A DNA stretch of 64,000 bases from Candidatus Saccharibacteria bacterium UBA1103 (GTDB taxonomy: Bacteria; Patescibacteriota; Saccharimonadia; Saccharimonadales; Saccharimonadaceae): the NCBI GenBank assembly GCA_002313515.1, contig DCBQ01000005.1:16240-80239 (forward strand), written 5' to 3'. Positions 44,058-52,803 of this stretch are shown here, in pieces. Below the pieces are notes generated by a model. The model was given only the letters and a program-made list of their open reading frames with translations, was not told where the DNA came from and did no database searches. Position 1 is the first letter of the stretch, and each line of letters opens with the position of its first letter. Both the position numbers and the translations under genes were made by a program.

Positions 44058-44070
44058 GCTGCCGCTACTC

Positions 44071-44119
44071 GAACCCACCGTCAGGCTAATGCCTGTCACC
44101 TCCCTTTGTGAAAGGGGGG
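44071..44119 (-). repeat. Two-hairpin palindromic element, (-) copy, between convergent genes
   Basis: GAACCCACCG TCAGGC-TAAT-GCCTG TCA CCTCCCTTT-GTGA-AAGGGGGG. Confidence 0.8.
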
Positions 44120-44125
44120 TATTTT

Positions 44126-45127
44126 CTATAGCTGGCTCTGAAACTTTTCGTGCACTTCACGCAGATGTGGATCGGTGACGTGAGTATAGATCTGGGTAGT
44201 AGCAATATTGGCATGCCCCAGCATAGATTGAACCGAGCGCAAATCAGCCCCGTTCATCAGTAGGTCGGTGGCAAAGGAATGACGCAGAGTATGGGGTGAT
44301 ACATGCTTGGTGATGCCAGCCTTCATGGCGTAACTCTTAACGATGCGCTGGACAGAGCGAGGCGTTAGGCGACGAGATTCAGACTCGGCTACGGTCTCGG
44401 CGTGATTATCTTTGCCAACATTGCGCGAGTTGTTTAGAAACAGCGGTTTTAGGTTGTCTACCCGTGAATCAAGATATTGTTCAACGGCAGTAGCAGCGGT
44501 AGGGCTAATGAAGATTGGTCGGTCTTTGCCGCCTTTACCACGAATGACAAACTCGCGTCGTTCAGTATTGATGCGGTCACGGTCTAGGCTGCACAACTCA
44601 CTGACCCGCATGCCGCCGGAAAATAGTAGTTCCATGATGGCTTTATCGCGTAGACCATTCTCGGTGGTGGTGTCAATTTCGGCAAACAAGCGTGCAACTT
44701 CTTCGGCCAATAAAAATGAAACCTGTTTTTTGTGTACTTTTGGTAAATTAATTTTGACGGCATCGAGTGTAGGGATGTCACGCTGAGCACAATATTTTAG
44801 GAAGCTACGTAGGGCGATCAAGTGATAACTCTGGGTGATGGTGGACAACTCGCGACCTTGTTCGTCCACGTAGCGAGCTAACCATAGTCGATACTTGCGT
44901 ACAGTTTCATCGGTAATTTGGTCAACCGTGATATCACCCACGAATTCAGCAAAGCGATCCATGTACAAATGATAGTTTTCGGCGGTACGCAGTGAGCGGC
45001 CACGGCCGACTTCAACGTCCTCGACGAAGTCCATGATTAGGTCCGATAGGTAATAATCGGTCGATGAAGTCGGTTTAATATAGTCGGTGCCAGCTGCTTT
45101 GTCTAATTGCTTTTTATTTGTATCCAT
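44126..45127 (-). CDS. Tyrosine recombinase, XerC/XerD family
   Basis: Start moved to MDTNKKQ (leaderless promoter). N-terminal SAM-like domain and catalytic R..HxxR..Y (..GMRVSEL.., ..HTLRHSFAT.., ..LGHANIATTQIYTHV..). Confidence 0.85.
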   Translation of the reverse strand: MDTNKKQLDKAAGTDYIKPTSSTDYYLSDLIMDFVEDVEVGRGRSLRTAENYHLYMDRFAEFVGDITVDQITDETVRKYRLWLARYVDEQGRELSTITQSYHLIALRSFLKYCAQRDIPTLDAVKINLPKVHKKQVSFLLAEEVARLFAEIDTTTENGLRDKAIMELLFSGGMRVSELCSLDRDRINTERREFVIRGKGGKDRPIFISPTAATAVEQYLDSRVDNLKPLFLNNSRNVGKDNHAETVAESESRRLTPRSVQRIVKSYAMKAGITKHVSPHTLRHSFATDLLMNGADLRSVQSMLGHANIATTQIYTHVTDPHLREVHEKFQSQL

Positions 45128-45133
45128 AAGCAT

Positions 45134-45142
45134 ATTGTAGCA
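45134..45142 (-). promoter_or_regulatory. Extended -10 box (TGcTACAAT), 6 nt upstream of ATG 45127; leaderless
   Basis: Minus strand reads TGCTACAAT-ATGCTT-ATG. The first ATG abuts the -10 box and is unlikely to be used. Confidence 0.55.
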
Positions 45143-45288
45143 CAATTGCTATTGTCGCGCAATAACGACTTTTTAACGTTTTACGACGTAAGTAATAGAG
45201 GTGACTCAAAAATAATAATCTGTGGAAAACTATCGATGTATTGTGGGTAAATTGGCGCTGTTGGCTATCGAAATGAATATGAGCGTTG

Positions 45289-45297
45289 TGCTAAAAT
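45289..45297 (+). promoter_or_regulatory. Extended -10 box (TGcTAAAAT), 8 nt upstream of ATG 45306
   Basis: TGCTAAAAT-ATGGACAA-ATG. Confidence 0.45.
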
Positions 45298-45305
45298 ATG
45301 GACAA

Positions 45306-45845
45306 ATGACCAGAAATAAACAGTCAAGCAAAAACAATCAGGGCTTAATGTTTCAGGGGCAGCATCCCGATGAACAGGTGTTGTTTACTTTTCGCCAGCA
45401 CATCATTGTGATGCGAAAGGGCTTTTACGCAATTCTGTTATTGTTTCTGCTGGGCTCAGTGCCGTTTATGATTTGGCAGGACGATATTCAGTTGCTATGG
45501 GGTCCGCTGATCGGTATGGCGCTGGGTATTTTGGTATTCTTTCACTATTGGATCGGCTGGCATTTCTCGTTGTTCATTGTGACTAACGAGCGCATTCGGC
45601 AAATTACCCAGAAGGGGCTGTTTAACAAGACGGTGATTGACTTGAATTTGAATAAAGTTCAAAATATCAGTTATAATATACCTGGTATGACTGGCAGCAT
45701 CTTTGGCTTTGGTACTTTGGTGCTGCAAACTATGGTCGGCAATATGGTGATAGAAAAAGCGGCACACTGTGAGCGGGTTTACAACGACCTATCCGATGCA
45801 GTGCGTGCGGCCGGCGGTATGACGGATATTGATAATAAGGAGTAG
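45306..45845 (+). CDS. Membrane protein with a bacterial PH (bPH_2/YdbT-like) domain
   Basis: Start moved to MTRNKQSS. Two TM helices followed by ..FIVTNERIRQITQKGLFNKTVIDLNLNKVQNISY.., typical of bPH_2. Confidence 0.55.
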   Translation: MTRNKQSSKNNQGLMFQGQHPDEQVLFTFRQHIIVMRKGFYAILLLFLLGSVPFMIWQDDIQLLWGPLIGMALGILVFFHYWIGWHFSLFIVTNERIRQITQKGLFNKTVIDLNLNKVQNISYNIPGMTGSIFGFGTLVLQTMVGNMVIEKAAHCERVYNDLSDAVRAAGGMTDIDNKE

Positions 45846-45854
45846 CTAGCAAGA

Positions 45855-46976
45855 ATGTCAATTAAGGATAAGATAGCGGAAAAAACAGCGGCGCTGACTG
45901 ACAAGTCAAAGAAGTCGGATAAAATTATTCAGAACGCCCAGCGCAAGGCGCAGTCTATCCGCATTACCAACGACAATATTTCCGAACACCGCGCTAAGAT
46001 CTTGGCGCAAGGTAAAAAGTTCAAGTACCCAGTACAAGTGTCGCGTAAGAAGCTGATAGTGCGCGCCTTGATTATCTTGCTAGTAGCTGTGGTGGCTTTT
46101 GGCGGCTTTGTGGGATTGCAGCTATACCGTTCGCAATCCATGAACGATTTGAACTATAGTGTTACTCGGATTGTGCCGCTGCCGGTAGCTCAGGTAGATG
46201 GCTATAGCGTGCGTTACGATAGCTACCTCAGGCGGATCCGCTCAATCGTGCATTATTACACTGCTCAAGAGCGCCGTGACTTTAACACCAACGAAGGCCG
46301 TAATGAGCTAAATTATTACAAGCGTAGCGAACTAAAATCAGTGGAGCGCGAGGCTTATGCGGCAAAGTTAGCTAAGCAGCACAATCTAACGATCACCGAC
46401 GACGAGGTGAACAAAGAAATTGCGCAACAGCTAAAGGCCGAGAAGTCTAGCGATGAGGATCTACTGTCTACCTTAAAGAACTATTACGGTTGGACGCGTG
46501 ACGAGTACGAAGCCGTTCTGAGGGACCAGATGCTAGAGAAGAAGGTAGCCTATCGGGCTGATACGGCTGCCAAGGAGAAGCTAGAGCAGGTGCAACAGGC
46601 ACTAAAGAAGGAAGACTTTGTGGCGGTAGCAGCTAAATATAGTGATGATGAAGCCAAGGCCGAAGCAACTCCTACAGTCGTGAGTGCTAATAGTACTGAC
46701 CCCACGAAAGTGCTGGATGCGGTTAAGCAGGTGAAGGATGGTCATATTACTCAGCCGATTAAGGTAAAGGTAGATAACGGTGATTATTATTACTACATCG
46801 CTAAGCGGATTGGAATTACTCAGTCGGACGAGGGCGAACAAATGAATTACCTGCTGATTACCATCAAGCTAAAGCAATTCACTTCGGATTTTGAGAAGCT
46901 CCAAAAGGAAGGCAAGATTAAAGAGTTTATATCTGTGCCAAGTGAACACGATGTAGAGCAAGCACGACAGGGCTAG
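45855..46976 (+). CDS. Membrane-anchored SurA-N/parvulin-like chaperone candidate
   Basis: 373 aa with SD AAGGAG. One TM, then a helical SurA_N-like region and a C-terminal segment (..FVAVAAKYSDD..) resembling a degenerate PpiC domain. Confidence 0.45.
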   Translation: MSIKDKIAEKTAALTDKSKKSDKIIQNAQRKAQSIRITNDNISEHRAKILAQGKKFKYPVQVSRKKLIVRALIILLVAVVAFGGFVGLQLYRSQSMNDLNYSVTRIVPLPVAQVDGYSVRYDSYLRRIRSIVHYYTAQERRDFNTNEGRNELNYYKRSELKSVEREAYAAKLAKQHNLTITDDEVNKEIAQQLKAEKSSDEDLLSTLKNYYGWTRDEYEAVLRDQMLEKKVAYRADTAAKEKLEQVQQALKKEDFVAVAAKYSDDEAKAEATPTVVSANSTDPTKVLDAVKQVKDGHITQPIKVKVDNGDYYYYIAKRIGITQSDEGEQMNYLLITIKLKQFTSDFEKLQKEGKIKEFISVPSEHDVEQARQG

Positions 46977-47064
46977 AATTGGCCTTGTCGCCAGCTTAAG
47001 CGACGATAATTTTGCGTAGCTATTGCAAAACTGCTAGTTATTTGGTATATTAATACTAGTTGAT

Positions 47065-47141
47065 GCGCTCGTGGTGCAGTTGGTTAACACGTCGCCCTGT
47101 CACGGCGAAGACCGCCAGTTCGAGTCTGGTCGAGCGCGCCA
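47065..47141 (+). tRNA. tRNA-Asp (anticodon GTC)
   Basis: Acceptor GCGCTCG/CGAGCGC, anticodon loop CT-GTC-AC, T-loop TTCGAGT, encoded CCA. Confidence 0.9.
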
Positions 47142-47153
47142 GGAAATTATATA

Positions 47154-47180
47154 GCCCGCCTATGGCGGGCGTATTTATTT
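47154..47180 (+). terminator. Rho-independent terminator after tRNA-Asp
   Basis: GCCCGCC-TAT-GGCGGGC followed by GTATTTATTT. Confidence 0.7.
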
Positions 47181-47181
47181 A

Positions 47182-47190
47182 TGCTATAAT
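47182..47190 (+). promoter_or_regulatory. Extended -10 box (TGcTATAAT), 10 nt upstream of tRNA-Thr
   Basis: TGCTATAATATAAC.. shares the same 14-mer with the thrS and M50 promoters. Confidence 0.55.
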
Positions 47191-47200
47191 ATAACATATT

Positions 47201-47276
47201 GCCACCTTAGCTCAGTTGGCTAGAGCATCGCTTTCGTAAAGCGGGGGTCTGGGGTTCGAATCCCCAAGGTGGCTCC
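47201..47276 (+). tRNA. tRNA-Thr (anticodon CGT)
   Basis: Acceptor GCCACCT/AGGTGGC, anticodon loop TT-CGT-AA, T-loop TTCGAAT, encoded CCA. Confidence 0.9.
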
Positions 47277-47294
47277 AGATTATATAGGTAATAT

Positions 47295-47368
47295 GCGGGT
47301 GTAGTACAGCGGTAGTATATAACCTTCCCAAGGTTGAGATCGGAGTTCGACTCTCCGCACCCGCACCA
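47295..47368 (+). tRNA. tRNA-Gly (anticodon CCC)
   Basis: Acceptor GCGGGTG/CACCCGC, anticodon loop TT-CCC-AA, T-loop TTCGACT, encoded CCA. Confidence 0.9.
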
Positions 47369-47381
47369 AAACTTATTGATT

Positions 47382-47825
47382 ATGACAAGTACTAAAGTTA
47401 CTGAGAAAAAGGTGCCGAGCACGCCAGGTAAACCGACTAAGCACTTAGCTGCTATTGTGGCGGCCGTAAAAGATGCTGTACACAGTCGATTCTTTGTGTG
47501 CCTGGTGCTGATTAGCTTTATTCAGATGCTGATTTTGCTAATCATTACGGTTACCCATATCCAGCCAGGGCTAACCATCAAGACTCACTGGGACTTGATC
47601 GGTGCGGCTGATCCGATTGGCCAGTTTGAGCAGCCTTGGTACTACGTGTTCAATTTTGTGGCCTTACCGATTGTGTTCTTTATGATCAATGTGGCAGTAG
47701 CCTTGAAACTACTAATGGCGCGTGGTCGCCAGCTGGCACTCTGTTGGTTATGGCTGATGGTGCTAGTGGGACTGGTGGTGGTAGTACTAAGCAGTGCCTT
47801 TATCTTAAAGGCAGCCGCCGCTTAA
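47382..47825 (+). CDS. Hypothetical polytopic membrane protein
   Basis: Start moved to MTSTKVTEKK because the track ORF begins inside tRNA-Gly. About 4 TM helices. Immediately upstream of the GT2 synthase. Confidence 0.5.
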   Translation: MTSTKVTEKKVPSTPGKPTKHLAAIVAAVKDAVHSRFFVCLVLISFIQMLILLIITVTHIQPGLTIKTHWDLIGAADPIGQFEQPWYYVFNFVALPIVFFMINVAVALKLLMARGRQLALCWLWLMVLVGLVVVVLSSAFILKAAAA

Positions 47826-47838
47826 GGAGTTTGAGTGT

Positions 47839-49482
47839 ATGACTGACATCGAAATACCGCTCGGCAAGCGTACTAAGCTATACCGCTTCTTTGAGATTCT
47901 GCCAGGTGCTTTGTCGATTGGGGCGATGGTGCTACTGATAGTACTAAGTTTTATTAGTCCGACTGTTGCGGCAATTTACATCTTAATTCTAGTCATTATT
48001 ATGTTTGTACGCGCTTTTGGTACGGCTTATCGGACGATTCAGGGTCGACATCGGTTGCTGAAGACAGAGAGAATCGATTGGGCAAGGCGGCTAGCGGACC
48101 TCGACCATCCAACCCAAGCGCTAAAGGAATATGAGCAGTTGGATGCTAAGACGAAAAAAGCGGACTACAAGCTATCTGAACACCTAAAGGTGTTAAAACG
48201 TTTTACTGAGCATAAAAGTGATTTTCCGACGGCTAAGCAGACGATTAACGCTTGTATGATCGCCTTCTATAACGAGAGTTACGAGGTGTTGGGACCGACA
48301 CTGAAAAACTTATCTGAAGCGGATTATGATATCGCTCACAACCTAGTGGTGGTGATCGCCTATGAACAGCGGGGTGGTGAGGCAGCGTTAAAAACAGTAG
48401 AGCAGATTAAGAAGAACTGGACCGGAATCTTCCGTGATTTAATCTTTGTCGAGCACCCAGCGAATTTGCCCGATGAAGTGGTGGGCAAGGGCGCTAATTT
48501 GGTTTACGCTGGTCACGAGCTATCTAAGTGGGTACGACGCCATCATATTGATCCGAAAAATGTTATTGTAACCAGCATGGATTCGGATAACCGTCCCGAT
48601 CCGAAATATTTTGCCTACCTGACTTACGAATGGATTATCACGCCGGATCGCCAGCAGGCGGCCTTCCAGCCGATTTGCCTATTTAATAACAACCTGTGGG
48701 ACGTACCGGCACCGATGCGGGTAGTGGCGACCTCGAACTCCTTCTGGAACGTGATTTCTTCGATGCGGCCAAATATCTTGCGCAACTTTGCTTCGCACGC
48801 TCAGGGGTTATGGGCGCTAGAGCAGATGGGCTTCTGGTCGCGGCGCACCATTGTCGAGGATGGTCATCAGTACTGGCGTAGTTACTTCTTCTTTGATGGA
48901 AAATATCGGGTGGTACCGCTACGAATTGGTATTGGCCAGGATGCGGTGCTATCGGATACGTACAAGAAGACACTGAAGGCACAGTTTATCCAATTGCGTC
49001 GTTGGGCCTATGGAGCCTCGGATGTAGCCTACGTGGCGACCATGGGACTTAGAAAAGACTGTAAATGTCCTAAGGGAGACCTGCTAGGTAGGTTTGGGCG
49101 GCTGCTTGAGGGCCATGTGTCGCAGGCCTGTATGGCGCCGATTGTGGGTTTCGGTGCTTTTGCACCAATCTTTCTTAATCCGATTGCCGCACACAGTAGC
49201 ATTATTGCCAACGATTTGCCACTAATCGTCTCGTACGTGCAGAAAATTGCCGTAATTGGGCTGTTTATTACGGTAATTACCTCGCTTTCGTTACTGCCGC
49301 CGCGGCCGAAGCGGTATAAGAAGACACGTAATATATTTATGATTTTGCAGTGGGTACTGATGCCGGTAACCGCCATTGTCTATACCTCATTATCGGCCTA
49401 TGTAGCGCAGTGGAAGCTGTTGACTGGCCATTATCTAGCCAAGTTTGATGTCACTGAAAAAGCGGTGAAGAAAGTAAAATAG
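47839..49482 (+). CDS. Membrane-embedded family-2 glycosyltransferase with a Q(R/Q)xRW motif (processive synthase-like)
   Basis: 547 aa with SD AAGGAG. N- and C-terminal TM helices flank a GT-A domain with ..SMDSDNRPD.., ..IVEDGHQYW.. and ..FIQLRRWAYGASD.. (QxxRW). Confidence 0.65.
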   Translation: MTDIEIPLGKRTKLYRFFEILPGALSIGAMVLLIVLSFISPTVAAIYILILVIIMFVRAFGTAYRTIQGRHRLLKTERIDWARRLADLDHPTQALKEYEQLDAKTKKADYKLSEHLKVLKRFTEHKSDFPTAKQTINACMIAFYNESYEVLGPTLKNLSEADYDIAHNLVVVIAYEQRGGEAALKTVEQIKKNWTGIFRDLIFVEHPANLPDEVVGKGANLVYAGHELSKWVRRHHIDPKNVIVTSMDSDNRPDPKYFAYLTYEWIITPDRQQAAFQPICLFNNNLWDVPAPMRVVATSNSFWNVISSMRPNILRNFASHAQGLWALEQMGFWSRRTIVEDGHQYWRSYFFFDGKYRVVPLRIGIGQDAVLSDTYKKTLKAQFIQLRRWAYGASDVAYVATMGLRKDCKCPKGDLLGRFGRLLEGHVSQACMAPIVGFGAFAPIFLNPIAAHSSIIANDLPLIVSYVQKIAVIGLFITVITSLSLLPPRPKRYKKTRNIFMILQWVLMPVTAIVYTSLSAYVAQWKLLTGHYLAKFDVTEKAVKKVK

Positions 49483-49526
49483 ATGTAACTGTTAGCCAAA
49501 GGGAGGCGCATAGTTGTATAGTTAAA

Positions 49527-49562
49527 ACCCGCCACTTTAGGATCTCTCCTGCTGGGGCGGGT
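49527..49562. repeat. Degenerate hairpin-1 module of the palindromic repeat family
   Basis: ACCCGCC, then a 20-nt loop, then GGGGCGGGTAA. It lies 3' of the GT2 gene. Confidence 0.4.
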
Positions 49563-49888
49563 AAACTTTATCTTCTAGTTTTTTGACGTTCCTGAGATAC
49601 TTCCTAATCGATTGATGGGGAAAGAGGATTAGGCTAAACCATGGCTCTCGCAGTTGCTATGGTTCATTTTAAGCTCTTCTACAAGCCTTCAAAGTAAATG
49701 TGGAACTGTGCTAGTCGAGAGTTCTTAACTCTGGACTGTGGTTGCTTTTTCATAAGCTTACTTATCATAACAAAAGCGTGATGTAATGTCAATAACCAAA
49801 ATGAATTAGCGTTATATCATAATATGCATAATATGGTGTAAAACAGGGTAAAATATCTGTGGAAAACTCTGTGTGAAAAACCTGATTG

Positions 49889-49897
49889 TGTTAAAAT
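49889..49897 (+). promoter_or_regulatory. Extended -10 box (TGtTAAAAT) upstream of the second pilin gene
   Basis: TGTTAAAAT-GTGGGGTATT-ATG. The track ATG at 49896 overlaps the -10 box. Confidence 0.45.
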
Positions 49898-49907
49898 GTG
49901 GGGTATT

Positions 49908-50456
49908 ATGACTAGCCAAAAGCGAAACAAAAATATTAACAAGTCGGCGGGCTTTACTATTGTCGAGGTGGGGCTGGTACTGGCCATTGCGGCACTGATT
50001 TTTCTGTCAGTATTCTTGGTTATTCCAGCCTTCCAGCGCAATGCACGAGATAATGCCCGTAAGGACGATGTAACGTCGGTGGCTAATGCAATATCAAAGT
50101 TCTACGCGAATGATCCGTCAAACATCCTGAGTAACGCGAGTGATCTAGACAAATATCTTAGCGATTTTTCTAGCGATAGTTCATTGTCAGTATTAAATGC
50201 ATGTGCTACATCTGCTACTGGACTAATGCACGGCGGTCAACTTGTCTATAATCAGATTCTAGTGTGTAGTGGCTATCGCTGTAAATCAGATGGGGTTACC
50301 CAGGTGAATGGTTCATCTGACGACTCAAAGGATATGCTTGAAGAATCTGGCGAGCGTTCGGCCGCTGTCTTGACTCGCCTTGAATCAGGTGATGCTAACC
50401 AGGATCCAACCGATGGCAAAGCTCAGGGCTACTGTCAGAGTGTAGGCGAGAATTAG
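49908..50456 (+). CDS. Type IV pilin paralog (prepilin, major pilin candidate 2)
   Basis: MTSQKRNKNINKSAG|FTIVEVGLVLAIAALIFLSVFLVIPAFQRNARDNARK. The N-terminal ~55 aa are collinear with the pilin at 38657. Confidence 0.75.
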   Translation: MTSQKRNKNINKSAGFTIVEVGLVLAIAALIFLSVFLVIPAFQRNARDNARKDDVTSVANAISKFYANDPSNILSNASDLDKYLSDFSSDSSLSVLNACATSATGLMHGGQLVYNQILVCSGYRCKSDGVTQVNGSSDDSKDMLEESGERSAAVLTRLESGDANQDPTDGKAQGYCQSVGEN

Positions 50457-50477
50457 AGGCTGAGCTATACGATTAAG

Positions 50478-50732
50478 ATGGACGGATACTATAAAGATAT
50501 CGTGGACGCGGCGCGACGGCTGACCAATCACCAGCTACTTGATATGGCGCACACTGCCGGCGGTTACATGAGCAGCAAAGTGGGCCACAATCCCAATAAA
50601 GTTACCTTACTAGAGGCGATCAGTCATACTGATTCGCCGGCTAAAGAGTTAAACTACATTCGCCGCCGCCTGGACATCACCAATCCCCGTGATGACCTGT
50701 ATCAGTGGGAAGATCTACTGAAATTAAAATAA
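50478..50732 (+). CDS. Hypothetical small protein, paralog of 21406-21675
   Basis: 84 aa. MDGYYKDIVDAA...GGYMSSK...LLEAISHTDSPAKEL. Confidence 0.5.
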   Translation: MDGYYKDIVDAARRLTNHQLLDMAHTAGGYMSSKVGHNPNKVTLLEAISHTDSPAKELNYIRRRLDITNPRDDLYQWEDLLKLK

Positions 50733-50734
50733 TT

Positions 50735-50790
50735 ACCTCCCTTTCGCAAAGGGAGGTGGGCGAGCTTTAGCTCGGTCGGTGGGTTCGACC
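50735..50790 (+). repeat. Two-hairpin palindromic element, (+) copy, CCTCCCTTT subfamily
   Basis: ACCTCCCTTT-CGCA-AAGGGAGGT GGGCGAGC-TTTA-GCTCG GTCGGTGGGTTCGACC. Confidence 0.8.
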
Positions 50791-50840
50791 TTCAATCTTG
50801 CGCTACAAACAGATTTTTGCTAGTATATAACTAGTCTCAT

Positions 50841-50917
50841 GGGTCGGTAGCTCAGTTGGCTAGAGCGCGTCCTTGACGTGGACGAGGTCAGGAGTTCGAG
50901 ACTCTTTCGACCCACCA
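50841..50917 (+). tRNA. tRNA-Val (anticodon GAC)
   Basis: Acceptor GGGTCGG/TCGACCC, anticodon loop TT-GAC-GT, T-loop TTCGAGA, encoded CCA. Confidence 0.9.
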
Positions 50918-50928
50918 GAGATATTATC

Positions 50929-50950
50929 GACGCCCGCACGGGCGTCTTTT
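50929..50950 (+). terminator. Rho-independent terminator after tRNA-Val
   Basis: GACGCCC-GCAC-GGGCGTC followed by TTTT. Confidence 0.8.
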
Positions 50951-50952
50951 AG

Positions 50953-50961
50953 TGCTATAAT
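50953..50961 (+). promoter_or_regulatory. Extended -10 box (TGcTATAAT), 6 nt upstream of thrS ATG; leaderless
   Basis: TGCTATAATATAACCATG is identical to the 18-mer at 57729-57746. Confidence 0.65.
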
Positions 50962-50967
50962 ATAACC

Positions 50968-52794
50968 ATGAATCAAGATGATATGAACAAAGTGCGTCAC
51001 AGTCTCGCACACGTACTGGCGGCGGCGGTGAAGCGCCTATATGGTAACGGCGTAAAACTGGGTGTCGGGCCGGCCATTGAAAACGGCTTTTATTACGACA
51101 TGGACCTGGGCGATAGGCATCTAGTCAACGAGGACCTGCCGAAGATTGAAGCGGAAATGCGCAAAATCATTGCTGAGAAGCAGGACTTTACTGTGGCCAC
51201 TAAGACTGCCGAAGAGGCAGAGCAGTGGGCGAAAGACAACGACCAGCCGTATAAGCTAGAGCTGATTGAAGATTTTAAACAGAACGGCACCACGCGTGTG
51301 TCGGGTAAGGAAGAGTCGACTGACCACGATCATATGACCTTCTATACTAATGGCGAATTTACTGACCTCTGTCGGGGTGGTCACGTGGTTAATACCAGTG
51401 AGATTCCGGCGGACGGCTTTAAGCTAACCCGGATTGCCGGTGCTTATTGGCGTGGTGACGAGACTCGCCCAATGATGCAGCGGGTGTATGGCGTCGCCTT
51501 TGCAACCAAGGCTGAGCTAGACGATTATCTAAAGCGCCAAGAGGAGGCCAAGCAACGCGACCATCGCAAATTAGGCAAAGAGCTTGATCTGTATGTTACT
51601 AGCGATATGGTTGGCGCAGGCTTGCCGATCTTTACCCCGCGCGGTACGGTCTTGCGCGAAGAGCTAGCCAAGGTATCCAACGAGCTGCGTGAAGATATTG
51701 GTTTTCAAAAGGTCTGGACACCTAACATGACTAAGAAAGAATTGTACGAGGCCTCTGGCCACTGGGCTAAGTTTGGTGATGAACTTTTCTTGGTAAAGTC
51801 ACAGGAGACCAGTGATAATTTTGTGCTTAAACCGATGAACTGCCCACACCATACACGTATTTTTGCTAGTCGCACTCGTTCTTATCGTGACATGCCGCAG
51901 CGCTATCTAGAGACCACGACTGACTATCGCGACGAAAAGTCGGGTGAGCTAGGCGGTTTGAGCCGCGTCCGCGCTCTTACTCAGGATGACTCGCACGATT
52001 TTGTACGTCCAGATCAGATTGAGTCGGAAATTGCTAACTTGCTAGACTGCGTACAGAAACTATATTCATTAGTAGATATGAAGCTAAGGGTGCGCCTAAG
52101 CTATCGTGATGATTCCGACCACTACCTAGGTTCAGACGAGCTATGGGAATCAGCACAGCAGCAGCTAAAGGCGGCGGTGCTGAAGCTAGGTCTAGATTAT
52201 TACGAGCAGGAGGGCGAGGCAGCTTTCTATGGTCCGAAGATCGACTTTATGGCGACCGACGCCCTGGGTCGTGAGCACCAGCTAGCGACCGCCCAGCTGG
52301 ACTTTGTGCAGCCGGAGCGCTTCCATCTAGAGTACACGACAGAGGATGGCGGTACGGAGCAGCCAGTGATGATTCACTGTGCGCTACTGGGCTCAATCGA
52401 GCGCTTCTTGTCAGTCTATATTGAGCACACCGCTGGCAAGTTCCCGGTCTGGAATGCACCGGAACAGCTACGTATCGTCAAGGTGAAGGATGACCCAGAG
52501 ATCGATAAACTACTAGACGAGCTCAAATCGGCCGCCCATAAGGCGCGCGTGCGCTTTACAGTGGATGATAGCAATAGTACCTTGGGTAAGAAAATTCGTA
52601 GTGCCGTGGCCTACAAGGTGCCCTACGTGGTGGTCTTGGGTGAGCGCGAAGCGGAATCCGGCAAGGTCGGCGTCCGTATCCGCCAAGACTTAATTGGCGA
52701 AGGCACGGATGAAAAAGCTACCTTTACGCCGGCCGAACTAGTCGCCGCCATCCAGCGTGAGCACGACGAGCGGTTAAAAGTCTCGACGCTGTAA
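50968..52794 (+). CDS. thrS: Threonine--tRNA ligase lacking the N-terminal TGS domain
   Basis: 608 aa. Begins at the editing-domain HxxxH motif (..VRHSLAHVLAAAV..GPAIENGFYYD..). Class II core and anticodon-binding domain are present. Confidence 0.9.
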   Translation: MNQDDMNKVRHSLAHVLAAAVKRLYGNGVKLGVGPAIENGFYYDMDLGDRHLVNEDLPKIEAEMRKIIAEKQDFTVATKTAEEAEQWAKDNDQPYKLELIEDFKQNGTTRVSGKEESTDHDHMTFYTNGEFTDLCRGGHVVNTSEIPADGFKLTRIAGAYWRGDETRPMMQRVYGVAFATKAELDDYLKRQEEAKQRDHRKLGKELDLYVTSDMVGAGLPIFTPRGTVLREELAKVSNELREDIGFQKVWTPNMTKKELYEASGHWAKFGDELFLVKSQETSDNFVLKPMNCPHHTRIFASRTRSYRDMPQRYLETTTDYRDEKSGELGGLSRVRALTQDDSHDFVRPDQIESEIANLLDCVQKLYSLVDMKLRVRLSYRDDSDHYLGSDELWESAQQQLKAAVLKLGLDYYEQEGEAAFYGPKIDFMATDALGREHQLATAQLDFVQPERFHLEYTTEDGGTEQPVMIHCALLGSIERFLSVYIEHTAGKFPVWNAPEQLRIVKVKDDPEIDKLLDELKSAAHKARVRFTVDDSNSTLGKKIRSAVAYKVPYVVVLGEREAESGKVGVRIRQDLIGEGTDEKATFTPAELVAAIQREHDERLKVSTL

Positions 52795-52803
52795 CTTCTA
52801 TTT

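Noticed and set aside
45219-45231. Identical 13-mer TCTGTGGAAAACT upstream of two promoters (45219 and 49856), considered as a shared regulator site.
   Set aside because: By a rough estimate, exact 13-mer matches are expected by chance many times among the ~4e9 position pairs in a 64-kb window. The distance to the -10 box differs (about 57 versus 23 nt). Not enough evidence.
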